The notes below the pieces were generated by a model that ran no database searches, was not told where the DNA came from, and saw nothing but the letters and a program-made list of their open reading frames with translations. Below are positions 27,145 to 39,841 of a DNA stretch of 64,000 nt, piece by piece (within the stretch, counting starts at the first letter, position 1; each line of letters begins with the position of its first letter). This DNA comes from Octopus sinensis (lineage: Eukaryota), in contig NC_042997.1 of NCBI RefSeq assembly GCF_006345805.1, forward strand, positions 158,286,001-158,350,000. Direction: 5' to 3'. The position numbers were made by a program, and so were the translations under genes.

Positions 27145-28860
27145 TATATACATATATAGGCACACTAGTAAGCTTGTGTACCTATGTATGTATATAACGA
27201 TTTATATGAAAATTATATATAAATACAGCATACACAAATAATCTTATGACCATAATACGAAAGCCATATATACATGTATATAGGAACATATTTTGATATG
27301 TTAGTTTATTATTCTGAGCTAATATTCTAATATCTATATTTTGGAAATATTTATGTGTATGCTTGGGTGATTAATCCTTCGTATTTTGTAAAATGAATAA
27401 ATATCTACGGAGATCTATTTATTAAATGAGAATAGTAAAAATAAACATGACGCGAAATTATTAAATTGGATTTATTTATTTCCTATTCGCAAAAATAAAA
27501 TGCATCATATAGACCACAGGACTGAAATCCAAGATGAATAAAACTAAGTTTGTTATGCATTAAGATAATTATTTCTTACAAGTGTTACATAGACATTTTA
27601 GACTAGAAACACTCGCCACTGGATAACCGTCACTGCTGAAGCCTTTGTACTGAAAACTTAGGACCCTAAAGGGCACAACGAGATACTGAAAGGCAGTTTG
27701 CTTCCTGATCTACCTTTCCTGTCATCTAATTTTCTACAAGTTTCAGCTGACATATAAGAAAAGTGGGTATATTCTCTTCGAGTATACCGCCGCTAAATTC
27801 AATGCCTTTCAAAGGATAAATTGCATTAGTTGTATCTGTAAATATATTTTTTTTAAATGCGCTCTCAGAATCTTAGACTTTAAGCCGCAAGTAATTATTA
27901 GACCGTGCCCAATGAATTCCTACTCGTTTACACAGTGTTTAAAAGAGCCAAGTATTTGTATTAATAATTAATGTAATATGCATTTATTATATGTTGCCTT
28001 AAAAATATAAATTATGTATGTTGATTAGGTTGATATATTTGTGCCCAGAGGATGCTAAACGTAATGTTTGAAAGTAGTAGTATAACAGTAGTAGAGTGGG
28101 TTTTTTTTCCTATTCGTATAATAAAAGGTTTTAAACTATTTGTCATGCTACCTGATAACGCAAAATGTAATGGTCTATTATAATACATATATGAATATGT
28201 GAACACGTGTAGGATTCTGCGAGTGTTTGAATACGTTTATGTGTACGTGTGTGTGGTTTCGTAACCTTCGATTCGGTAGATTGCGTATCAAGCCTCTCAA
28301 ATAAAGAACACACTACTTTGAATATATGTGCTTGCATGATAATGTCAACAGACTGATGGTGAATACCAATAAATCCGTTTAGTGCGTGGGTCGTCAACAC
28401 CATAACTGCGGGACATGCTGATAGGTTAAATCGGTAGAACAAAAGCGATTGTGATTTTCATGCAAATTCAAAAACAAAAATGTTTAAAAAATTAAATTTT
28501 AAATGTTAATTTTTCACAATATCGATGTGTGCATGTTTATGTGAATGTGTGTGTATGCATGTGCATTATTAGTTTTTGATATGTGCAATTTACATTTTAA
28601 AATCAATGTCGTGGATATCGGGAACAAACTCTTTCCTTCGATATTTAGGGTATTTGGAACAATCATTATTCCTAACCGAAAAATATCTGTATTAATAAAA
28701 TTCTCGTAGTTCCCCAGGTTTCATTAAGAATAATACCAAATGTGTTGGTAACGGTAACTAGGGCGCTACAACTACAGGAATTACTTTACATAAACTCGTA
28801 CATTCAACGCATTTCATTTGCTATGTATTTATATGTTCCTGTTCATTCATATAAGCAGAC

Positions 28861-28920
28861 ACGGAGCTGGCAGAATCGTTAGCACGCCGGGCAAACTGCT
28901 TACTGGCATTTCTTCCATCT
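28861..28920 (+). mobile_element. SINE head fragment (Nin-type family)
   Basis: gagctggcagaatcgttagcacgccgggcaaactgctta. Confidence 0.75.
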
Positions 28921-29714
28921 ATTCAAATCTTTAGGAATAGTTCCCAATGCACCTACAAATACTGGGATAGATTTTTATCGAAAACTTTCACTACTGGTCG
29001 GATAAATCGTCGGACTTTTGAAAATTATTTTCCCTCCATATCTCATATGTTTTTTTTTATTATTTCTAAGTGTTTTGGGTATAGTTTTGTAGCGTAGCAT
29101 GTACGTAGTACTTCAATGTAGTGGTCACCTCTCCAATGTTCTCTTGGTTTTGCTTTCCGTTTGAGCAGTGACATTTAAAGATGGATATGTCTAATCAATT
29201 TTAACTTTTTGACAAAACCCTGTCTCTGGACCTGTGCTTTGGCTTCTTTCGTTCTATGATTGTTTGAGGCTTACAAATCGAAATTCACCTTTTTGTCTTA
29301 ATTGTTTTATTCCCAGGCATAACTGCTTTATTCACCCCTCTTTAAAATGAGATGTGTTGTACTTTTAATTTTTTATATATTTTCCTGATGTATGTACGTG
29401 TTTATGTGTGAATTGCATATATATTATATTCCTTAGTGTATAAACAAGTAACATTAGTGTGTATATATGTGAAACAATAGTGTGTACATGTTTTTCTGTG
29501 ATAACATATCTGGAAGAAATTTTCCTACACATATGAGAGAGATCTTTCGGTTTCCTGAAATGACGTGCGTTAAAAAAATAATTTCCTTTCAGTTTTCGCA
29601 GTTTCTTAAATACTGATTGGGGTTGATCTCAATTTTAATCATTCCTCGCAGGAAGCTAACTGATGCATGTTGACGCACGTCCATTATTATTATTGTTGTT
29701 GCTGTTGTTGTTAT

Positions 29715-30025
29715 TTTTGTTGTTGTTGTTGTTTCTCATTAGCAGAGGTTTTACTGGAGCTCCTGGAGTTCTGCTCCTGCAGATTAGCTACCTGCAGCCT
29801 ACGGGAAAATGTCATCCGTTCTTTTCAGCCATCTATTACTTTCCTGATTATTCTCGCCGTGCCAAGAAGGCAAAACGTTTGCAACAGTTATACTGAGCAC
29901 TCTATTTCAATTTTCTTTATATTCCCCTTGATGTCTGATACTTTCCCCAAAATCGAACAATAATTGGCACTATCTTCGCCTTCTTCATTTTCCATAGCCA
30001 AGCTATTTCGTACTTAAGAGGGCTG
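29715..30025 (-). mobile_element. 3' stub of an R4/Dong-like LINE next to (TTA)(TTG)n
   Basis: Minus-strand LKYEIAWLWKMKKAKIVPIIV and CLLGTARIIRKV. The 3' UTR (ggagctcctggag, tacctgcagcctac) is shared with the copy at 61621. Confidence 0.8.
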
Positions 30026-30029
30026 CGAC

Positions 30030-30160
30030 TTACTTAATCGAAACTGAAAGTAGAAAAGGCAAAGTCGACCCCGGTGGCATTTAAACTCAGAACTTGAAAG
30101 ATAGACGAAATGCTACTCAGAATTTTAATCGGCATACTAACAATTCTGGTAGCTCACAGA
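30030..30160 (-). mobile_element. Nin-type SINE fragment
   Basis: aaggcaaagtcgacccc, tttaaactcagaac, gacgaaatgc. Confidence 0.7.
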
Positions 30161-30164
30161 TTAT

Positions 30165-30383
30165 ATTGATTTTAAATTTTGTGCACAATGCCAGCAAGGT
30201 TGGTGATGGGAATGTGTCGATTACATCGAACGCAGTACTCAACTGGTACTTATTTTATCTACCCTGAAAAGAAGAAAAGCAAATTCGACCTTGACGGAAT
30301 TTGAACTCAGAACGTAAAGACGAACAAAATGCCGCGTAGTATTTCGCTCGGTGTGCTACCGACGCTGCCAGCTCACCACCTTA
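30165..30383 (-). mobile_element. Nin-type SINE, near full length
   Basis: gtcgattacatcga, caactggtacttatttta, ggaatttgaactcagaacgtaaag, ctgccagctcaccacc. Confidence 0.85.
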
Positions 30384-31689
30384 AAGAAATGGAGTATGTT
30401 GAAAGGAGAACTATGTCACCATTTACAGACATAGATTTTAAATAAAGAGTTCTCCACAGAAAACTATATTAAGTATGAAATCTATACTAGAACAACACGA
30501 GAGTATGTGAAAATAGCATCTGCATATGTCAGATCATAATTCTATTTTGGAATGCTGTACCATTGCCAATATTGAAAATGGAAATTCGAAAATAGGAGAC
30601 TACATCGTCTTTGGGATCTATGTCATGTGCCAAATTCCTGATTAAACTTTCACACCATCATTTATCAGGTTTTCTAAAATTTAATAACGGCAGCAGCTAA
30701 ACGATTTCAATTGCAGTTTCATAGATTGTTGTTGGTGGTGTTATTTTTCAGAGGTCGGCCCTAATTGAGTAAGCATATAAACAAAGCGGTTGAGACAGTC
30801 AACATCCAACTTTGTTTCTTGGCATAAATTAACCAGTATTCCATCATTCAGATAAGAAGGTTGGGTGTGATTTAAGGGAGATTTCGACTGCCATTTCACA
30901 GTTCGAAACTGATATATATATATATATATATTCTGTTGTGTCTGGGGAGAGTCATTCTCTGTCCGTTATTTACACTGCGTTCCCTTTTGTTTGTTAGTGT
31001 GCATGTGTGTGGGTCAGTGTCTATGTGTGTGCCTATACATGCATACATGTACGTATGTATGTGTGTGTGTGTTTGCATGTGTATGTATGTATATATGTGT
31101 GTGTATGCATCTGTATGTACGTATCCTGCATATTTATGTGCTTGCCTGTCCGTGTTTGTGTATTTTCTATGTGTGCGTGAGCATGTGTTTGTATATGTAT
31201 GCACCTCTGTCTCCTTGTGTATGATATCTGTGTGTGTGTTATGTAACTATGTACCATGTTTGTATGTACGGATGTGCATCTTTATATGTGTGGATCCGTG
31301 TCTCCATGCGTGTCTGTTCTTATAACCTATATACCTATCCGTCTGTATGTTGATCAGTTTATTTACATATATAAATGCTTACATACAGAAATAAAAAAAT
31401 AAAAATAAAGAATGAAAAAAGTTTAAAAAATGTTTTAAATATATAAAAAATAAAAAAATATAAAAATATAACAAAAACAAAAAAATAATAATGATTAAAA
31501 AAGGCATACACACACACTCACACCCACATACATACATACATTTATCTACCTAACAGTCCACTAACTATTCTACTCTACCTATGTAAACTGTGGGTATGGA
31601 GGTATGGTATTTATTGTGCATATTTCCTATTTAATACTGGGGAAGTTATATATATATATTTAAAATATAGTTATATATATATATTTAAA

Positions 31690-31893
31690 ATGTAACCACA
31701 TGTGGATCGTTGGCGATTTTTTCCCTTTGTTTTCCTTTTCTCTTGGACTTTTCTTTGTTTCCTGTTTCTGAAGAAAAGCTTTGCTCGAAACGTAAAACCA
31801 CCTTTCTTTCCTTCCCTGAGCGTCTGCTAATACTTTGTATGTACAACGTCCTCACGTTGTTGTTTTTTCTTGTGATTGTTCTTCGTTTCGGGG
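31690..31893 (+). mobile_element. Solo Penelope-type terminal repeat containing a minimal hammerhead motif
   Basis: gttt-ctgaaga-a-aagc-ttt-gctc-gaaac-gta-aaac at 31764-31798; paralog of 7188-7390. Confidence 0.65.
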
Positions 31894-31944
31894 TGGGATT
31901 TACTATATATGTATGCATGTATATATATATATGTATGTATATAT

Positions 31945-31976
<32 letters not shown>

Positions 31977-32329
31977 ATATATATATATATATACATATAT
32001 TTGTAATATATATATATATATGTAACAGCTAAAAAATATATACGAAGAAGAGTATACCTATTTAGATCACACTTCAATTATACAACAACTGTTTCAGTTG
32101 CATTAACATATGCATGCACACAAATATATTTTCTACACACACAAACACTTGTGTAATATTATTAAAATTCGTAATAATATTTACGAAAATATATGTCAAC
32201 ACTACATTATCAAGTTCATCCAAATTGGTGAAATTCCAAATGGACATTTGGAAAACTTTTAGTTGTTAATAAACACTAACAAAAAGAAACGCCAAATCAG
32301 ATTTAGCATTCATTCATTCAAACAAGAGC

Positions 32330-32470
32330 AACGTCTTTGAACAACTAGTTTTCTCAATGTGTTATGTTGCGCCTTGGTTAAGTTTGATTTAATTTTTGAT
32401 CGCTTACTTAAGATGTTGGAGATAGACTGTTTCAGTCTGAAAATTTGCGGTTGAGTTCTCGGTTGGTTGG
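32330..32470 (-). mobile_element. Inverted fragment of the Penelope ORF 5' region
   Basis: Minus-strand NQPRTQPQ..SNLTKAQHNTLRKL; nucleotide match to plus-strand 34555-34690. Confidence 0.75.
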
Positions 32471-33516
32471 GCTGGACACCACCTACTTCTCTTTCCATGA
32501 ACACATATATAAACAAACAACAGGTCTCCCCATGGGATCCAGTGTCTCAGTCTTACTAACCATCACCTATATGAACCATCACCTATATGAACCATCTGCC
32601 GCTCATGTGCCGTCTTCACCAGGAACGCTGATGACACCCTTATACACACATCTTCTCGTGAAAAGACAGACAGAATATCCACGACATTCAAAAACATGGA
32701 CATGGGTATATGATTCCATATAGAACATCCCGACAACACTGGAACCCTATCGCTACTCAACTTTCAACTTAAAAGAGGGAGGAGATCCACACTGAGTTCT
32801 ACAGGAAAGCAAACTGTAGTGATATGTTTGTTCACTACAATTTAGCCTTTCAACTCAGTGTCAAAATAGGATGCGACAGAAATGAACTTACACGCATCCG
32901 GATCAAGTGCAGCAGGACAGAGGACAAGGTGACCCACACTATATGCTTCATAGAGGTATTGAAAAGCAACGGTTACCTATATCCATTGTAAATCGGCATA
33001 AATAACCAAGAGGCCAAACACGCCGAACACACAGAGGACCCAGCAACACATGCTTCCTTAAATTATACCATTTTAGCGAGAGAACAGCCATCCGAAGAGC
33101 CATAAGAAGAGAAGGATTAGACATACAACTAGCCCACTCCGGCCCCTCTCTGAGAGGACACCTCACAAAGAAACAAACAATCAATGCACACAAACAAACT
33201 GTCCCATCCGTGACACAGATTTATGCCAACAGGTAAATGTTGTGTATAGAATACAATGTAACAAATGCAACAATTTCTATGTGAGAAGTATAACAAGACC
33301 GTTACCCGTCTGTATCAAAAACATCTGAACCCGAGAGCCTCCTCCTTCAGAAAACATCTAGACAGATGCCGGAACACCGACAAAATCATAACAGTCCCAA
33401 TTGAAGCCAATGACAGAAATTTGGGAAATCTAAGAATTAAGGAAGCTATCCCAATAGATAGACTAGGGCCCCAAATTAACAAGCGGCTGGAGGTCGACAG
33501 TCAATATATTATTTAG
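32471..33516 (+). mobile_element. Penelope-like element: RT C-terminal half and GIY-YIG endonuclease (frameshifted pseudogene)
   Basis: TYFSFHEHIYKQTTGLPMGSSVS (GxPMGS), NADD (YVDD position), YRKANCSDMFVHY, KSNGY, CPIRDTDLCQQVNVVYRIQCNKCNNFYV (GIY-YIG-like), LRIKEAI..LGPQINKR. Confidence 0.88.
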
Positions 33517-33860
33517 CTACATCTGGGTGCATGTAAGTTCATTTCTGATTACATGCTCATGTACTATAAAAAAGAAGAAAAAAGAAACTGCACGTCTAAT
33601 ACATAACTTAGAAGTAGCGCTGTGGATGTGCCACCAACACACACGACCTTGAGACATGGCCACCATCACGCACCTCTCATGAGGAATTCCGGAAGGGGCT
33701 TCGTGAGACCACTGCAGAGACACTTCCAAAAAAATATCAGTAACCGATGGAAAACCGATTATAGCAGTGACTCGATCAATTCCAAGCAATATCTGAAGAA
33801 GGAATTTTTATATTCCGAAATATTATAATAGACTATGAATAATTAAATTATAACAGTTAT
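33517..33860 (+). mobile_element. Penelope pseudo-LTR with hammerhead-like motif
   Basis: Follows the GIY-YIG stop; ctgaaga-a-ggaat-ttttat-attcc-gaaa-tatt at 33793-33824. Confidence 0.65.
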
Positions 33861-35060
33861 TATAGTCCACACTGCATTGCTGGGCCATTCAAGACACGTT
33901 ATATTTCACAAGAAATACACAATGCTTCAAGTGAACTACAATACTCTCTTATCACTACGCCTGGGCCAGACCGAGTTTGCAACCGCTAGGGAGTTAATCA
34001 AGCTGTCGGAGAAATGTGCTAAAATCTGATGCCTAAAAAACAACAAAATTTCCAACACTATCAGGAACATACATTTACCTATGTGCTTACACCACCAACG
34101 CCATGAGCACATACGCAAATTCTATGAAGTAATATCCAGCATCACGTTCACGTCAATCACAGAACCTACACACCGACGAAAAACTGCAGTTATTGACCGA
34201 TGCGTTGACCAAAAGAAGAAACGTATCAAACTTAAATTTCTGTGGCTTTGTACCAAATACCGCCACAACTCGGCCTATTACACCGACACAGATGAACGAG
34301 ACACGTCCCACGAACAAGATAACACTGAGATCGAGCACAATAGCACATCTAGTCACAGACTTGAGTGGGTCACTCTCCCATGAAGAACTAGAACTTTATC
34401 TTGAACCAAAAGCTGAACGAGAAAATTTTACTACCTGAAAGCAAACTTTTGTCGAACAGCCTGCCAACTCAAATGGCTCTTGGTTATAAAGAAGAAGAAG
34501 AAGAACAACAACAACACACTCGGCAAATTTCCCACGTATCAACCACCCACCTACAACCAACCGAGAACTCAACCACAAACTATAAAGAGTAAAACAGTTT
34601 ATCTCCAACAGCTTATGGAAGGAATCGAAAATAATGCCAAGGTGCAACATGAAACATTGACAAAACTACAAAAACAAAAACGCCTTATCTACTTACCAAC
34701 AGACGAAGGGAAAGAAATCTGCATAGTTTCTTGTGAAATTTATGATAGAATGGCACTAGAACATTCAAGCAATGACTGACTATATTCTAAAGCGACAGAA
34801 ACAACCGCGACCAGGATTGAAGACCGAATTAACACCGCATGGACTAATATCTGTAGACGGAGACAACATAGCAAATACAAGGACAACTTCATCACAAAAA
34901 GCAGTAGATTACGCAGATTCTATCACCTCATTGAAACACATAAGGATAGCAACACGATCCAGATTAGACCCATCGTCTCTAGCGTGGAAGGACCTCTGTA
35001 TAAAATATCTTCGCTCATTCCCCACATCCTGAAACCCATACACGTCAAAAACTATAACAC
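33861..35060 (+). mobile_element. Penelope-like element: N-terminal ORF and start of RT (second tandem copy)
   Basis: VTDLSGSLSHEELEL (NLS..LS motif), LIYLPTDEGKEICIV (ADKG position), HKDSNTIQIRPIVSSVEGPLYKISSLIPHILKP (RPIVS motif). Confidence 0.8.
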
Positions 35061-35069
35061 TCTCCTTTG

Positions 35070-35292
35070 TTGTTGCTGTTTGTTCCTTCACGATTCATGC
35101 CTGGCGCATAAGGGCCGGTTTCCCGGTGGTATAGGTTCCCCAGCTGGACGTGACGTCGGTCCGTCGCAGGTGAGATGCTAGATGCGGGAGTGAAAGTTGA
35201 GGCGAAAGAGTCAGCAGAAGTTCGCCATTACCTTCTACCGCAGCCGCGTGGAGCTTAGCCTTTTCGCTCATAAACACGCACAGATAGGACAC
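35070..35292 (-). mobile_element. V-domain SINE, head missing
   Basis: Reverse complement: atgagcgaaaaggctaagctccacgcgg, ctctttcgcc.caacttt, ctgcgacggaccgacgtcacgtccagctgggg; matches the 13332 copy. Confidence 0.8.
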
Positions 35293-35429
35293 CAAGTATT
35301 TCCGTTTCTACTTAAAGTAAAGGAGTTGTAATAAATATTTTTTTCATTTTAATCTATTTTCAATCATCAATAAAAATTTTAAAGTACTCTGGGACTTAAT
35401 GATTTAAAAGCTTAAAGCATGTTTTGTCG

Positions 35430-36010
35430 TCGTAATGTTGCCATGAATATTATGTCTTTCAATGGACGGCCAAAGACTGGTCAAAAGTTCTTTGGAGCGA
35501 CGAATTCCGCTTCTGGATCAAACGGAAAGACTTATGTTAAACGCCGTTCAACGGAAGAATTCCATCTTAAGTGTGTCAAGAGAACGTGCAAGAGGGATGT
35601 ATATGGGGGGCGGGAGGGGTAACGGTGTGGGCTGCGTTCAGTAGCGTTCAGTGTTGGTCCAATTGTTAAGGGTGATGACAGACTGAACAGTGTAGGCTAT
35701 TTGCAATTAGTAAATGAAAATGTGCTGCCTTATTTAAATAATCAGATACCACCGGGACCTATTGTCCAGCAAGGAAAGTTTTGCAATATTTAGAGCGTAA
35801 TAATATGGCGGTTATTAAGTGGCCTCCGCAGAGCCCGGATTTGAATCCGTTAGAATATTTATTGAATTATGTTTATAAATGGGTTCATGCTAAAAAACCA
35901 AACAGATTGCCCAATTATATAATTTTATTGAAGAAATACGGCAGAACATTCCAAGTGATTTTTGTGCTCATTTGTCGAACTCCATGTCCCGTTGTCCCAA
36001 GGCCATAATG
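35430..36010 (+). mobile_element. Tc1-family transposase remnant (DDE domain)
   Basis: QWTAKDWSKVLWSDE (about 35463-35504), VTVWAAFS, YLQLVNENVLP, KWPPQSPDLNPLE. The second-D segment is deleted. Confidence 0.88.
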
Positions 36011-36314
36011 AAAAATAATGACCACGGAATTAATTATTAATAATGATTTTTTTCTTCGTTGATCATTTGTGCCATAAATTTTCAATTTAAACAAAATAAT
36101 GTTGGTACAGTGTTAAACTGATTTTGCCGACAACTTTTAATCATTTGAATTAATTGAGCATTAAGTTTAATCAAATTGTAGAAACATATATAACGCCTGT
36201 ATCATTCGGAAGAGAAAACAATTCTACATAAACTGCAAAAAGTAAAATAATTTTAAACAAGTTTGTTAAAACTAAATTAATGAAGGGACAGAATATAGAA
36301 TATATGAAGGAAAA

Positions 36315-36352
<38 letters not shown>

Positions 36353-36356
36353 GCGC

Positions 36357-36392
<36 letters not shown>

Positions 36393-37159
36393 ATGAATGT
36401 ATGTTTATATATATAACTTTTTTGCTAGAAGTCGTAAATGTCAAATAGCAGTAGCTAATAGAATTTTAAAAGTTAATAACTGTTTATCTTTTGACTTAAG
36501 GCAAAAATGAAGTGCATTTCAATGATTAGCATACAAAACTACACAACACACCAGATTTGAGAGCAATTGGAACAAAACGGACGAAACTGAAAAGTGAAAA
36601 CCGAGCAGATATGATCCCAGCTGAGAATTTTTTTAGGAAATACTGGCAAGTAGAATTCACTTGAAAACTTTTTCAAGCACAAAATATTTGTTGTTCTATA
36701 TAAATCGGTTTAATGGTTAATGTTGGTAAACAATTGGTAAACGTAGACGTATAGTTCATATAAGTTCCTCCAAGTCAGACTTCATCGATTAGCTATTCCT
36801 TCAAAGCAAGCGTCTGATAAATATTATCAGACATGAACTTCTGGAAAATATATGTATTCTCTCCTTAGAGTTTATACAACATATATCGCTTAAATTTTCG
36901 TCTCAATGGGAACAAACATTCAATGCAGTATCAGTCTCCTGACTTCAGATAAAATTGTTTTATTTTAATGATAACAGTTATTGATTATGTTCTTCTATAA
37001 ACCCGAACCTGTTTGCTTAGTGTAACGAACGAATTTTGCATCAAGAAGAAATCACTATTCACAGTTGGTCTAAATATTTCAATGGATAATGTTCCCATAA
37101 GTTTCTATGTACATAATCTATCTAGTAAAATACTTTCGTATAACATTTCATAAGATATT

Positions 37160-37375
37160 AATATTGATTTCAAATTTTGGCAAACAGCCAGTAATTTTGG
37201 AGGAGGGAGCAAGTCAATTACATCGACACCACTGCCATAGTGGTAAATCTATCGATCCCGAAAGATAAAATTCAACCGCAAAGAAATTTGGACTCAGAAC
37301 GTCAAGTCGCAAGAAATGCTGCTGAGCATTTTTTCGGGAGCAGTAGCAATTCTTTCGGGTCGTCACCTTCTTAAA
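37160..37375 (-). mobile_element. Nin-type SINE, degenerate
   Basis: gatttcaaattttggc, atcgatcccgaaagataaa, atttggactcagaacgtcaag. Confidence 0.7.
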
Positions 37376-38519
37376 ATATTAATATAGAAATTTTACTTTG
37401 CAAACAATTCAGGCAATACAATCATAGCGATTTTTTAGGAGAGAGTGAGGAAAGAAGATGACAGTTATATGCATCTTATCTTCACTTCATTTTATAAATA
37501 AATGTGCAGAAAAATAATTTTACGTTTTAAATAAATATATATATTATAGTTTCCCATACTAATACTACTACCATCATCCTATATTAAGAACATTTGATTT
37601 ACGAGGTAGTTTCAATAAATAAATATCTAAGGATATATACCAACATATTCAATATATGATAATATCCAAATAAGGCGTGGAAGAGCAAAAAGTTATACAT
37701 CAAATTGCCAAACAAAAAATCAATAGCACCGAGCAGAATATTTAAACCCTATGCTCTTATCGTTGGGAAATATATAGTAAAATCCCAATTTCTGGAAATA
37801 TATTTTTAAAGAAATTAAAACTCAGACACCCCCACGTAAATATAGACGCATATATATATATATGTTTGTGTGAGCTAGTGTCTGTCCGTATCTATCTATC
37901 TATCCATACAAACATGCATACACACACACACACACACACGTATATATATATAAAGAGAGAGAGAGAGAGAGGGGAGAGAAGAGAGAGAGAAAGGAGAGAG
38001 GGGGAAAGTGGAGAGGAGGAGAGAGTGAGGGAGCCCCGTGTGACGTGGATGATTATGCATATGTACATATATGTCTGGGCGTGAATCTTTGAGGTAGACT
38101 GAATGTTGCCAATGTCCGCAAGTTTATCATTTCCTCTTACCGACGTATATAGAAGGGAAAACAGTGTCGTCGCATACGTTATCGCCTGCGAGTCGGAACA
38201 GAAGCCTGCAAGGCATCTTTCCCTCGGTATTAGATATCAAAACATTCGGTTTCAATTCCAAGCAACTTATGCACGTCTACATTTTGTGTTGTCATTTTGG
38301 AATGATACACGTTGTTAAGACAATATATACCCTTCCAAAATGCTTCGCAGGAACTCTTTTGCATGTACCAGTGTGCTCTTGTTTTGTTTCGTTACGGCTT
38401 TAATTCGCAGTGAGTGTTTAAATAAGTTTTTGAAGTTTGGACTCCATTGGATCGAGTACAACATAAATACATACATGCATGCATTCGTGCGCGTGTATCT
38501 TTTATCTTTTGCTTGTTTC

Positions 38520-38866
38520 TGACATCAGACTGCCATCATCTTGGGGTACTGGTTCCAAGCGTTTAAACCTCTCCAAGTATGGTACTTATTCTGTGCGTCC
38601 CTTTCGTCGAATTGTTAAGTTCGGGGGATAAGCACAGCGCAAAAACAATGACAGACACACACACACACACACACATACACACACACGCACGCACACACAA
38701 ATATACGACAAGCTTCTTTCAGTTTTCTTCTGTCAAATCTACTCACAAAGCGTTAGCCGACCTGAGGTTATAGTTGAAGACATTCGCTTCAATTTCCACA
38801 CTGTGAGACTGAAGCAGAAACCATGTGGTTACGAAGCAAACTTCTTTACACTGCCACACCTGCGCC
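38520..38866 (-). mobile_element. CORE-type SINE, degenerate
   Basis: gcttctttcagttt, aaatctactcacaaag, accatgtggtt, ccacacctgcgcc; internal (CA)n. Confidence 0.8.
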
Positions 38867-38976
38867 TGGCGAACTTGTTAGCACACTAGCAGACTTCTTC
38901 CTCCATAGACAAATATATATATACTATAGATACAAGGTCTGCATGTATAATAAAAAGCATAAGACATAAAATATTT

Positions 38977-39164
38977 GTTTATCAGAGTGAATAGAAGAGA
39001 AGACCATCGATTGGACTTCTTACCTCTTAGAAAGGCCAGTCACTTAGTTCTTATTCATTCTAGTGTACACATGCAACGTGCCTTAGGAATTGTTTTCGTG
39101 GTTTGGGTTGTGACTGCCCTTTCTAGAATGTAAGAAGTCCAATCGATGGTCTTCTCTGATAAAC
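38977..39164. mobile_element. Small MITE-like hairpin with about 55-bp inverted arms
   Basis: gtttatcagag..agaagaccatcgattggacttcttac..tagaaagg.cagtcac pairs with 39110-39164; the left arm has an insertion of about 10 bp. Confidence 0.75.
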
Positions 39165-39236
39165 ACACACACGCACACGCACACGCACACACACACATAC
39201 ACACACACACATATACATACGTATGTGTGTTTGTGC

Positions 39237-39283
<47 letters not shown>

Positions 39284-39806
39284 CATATGTATGTGTGTTT
39301 GTGTATGTATGTATGTATTTTTGTATGTATGTGTATATTTGTACATAAATTTATCGATCTATCTATCTGCTTGTGAATATGTGTGTGTCTCTCTTTATGT
39401 TTGTATTGTGCGTGAATACTACAAATTATATAACACGATCACGTGTTATCAAATGCCAGCTATGCGTCCAGTATTTCTGGAATAGTAAATTCAGTTATGT
39501 TTTGTAAGTATCAAATATTCTTGTAGCCCACGCAGTTATGATAAGAAACACTTATCTCTTATTTTAATTTCACTCAGGCATTTTAAAAGTTAACACATAC
39601 ATTGATTATATAATGCAGAAAAGATTACAGCAACCGTAATTGAAAAGGTTAATTATTTATATCAACGTAAAAATATCGTTATTTGATCTCATTTTTTATC
39701 ACTTCAACATGAGATTCTCGAGTTAGATTTGTTAAGTTTAGGTTAAGAAAAGAAAATTATTATATGTGTTAACGGTTTCTACCTTAAATATGCGTAACAT
39801 AGTCAC

Positions 39807-39841
<35 letters not shown>

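Noticed and set aside
36812-36832. Perfect 9-bp hairpin gtctgataa/ttatcagac
   Set aside because: Isolated, and expected by chance in 64 kb of AT-rich sequence.
38040-38200. CRE-like tgacgt plus TATA-like tatataga as a promoter
   Set aside because: Short motifs, poor spacing to an initiator, and no downstream exon.
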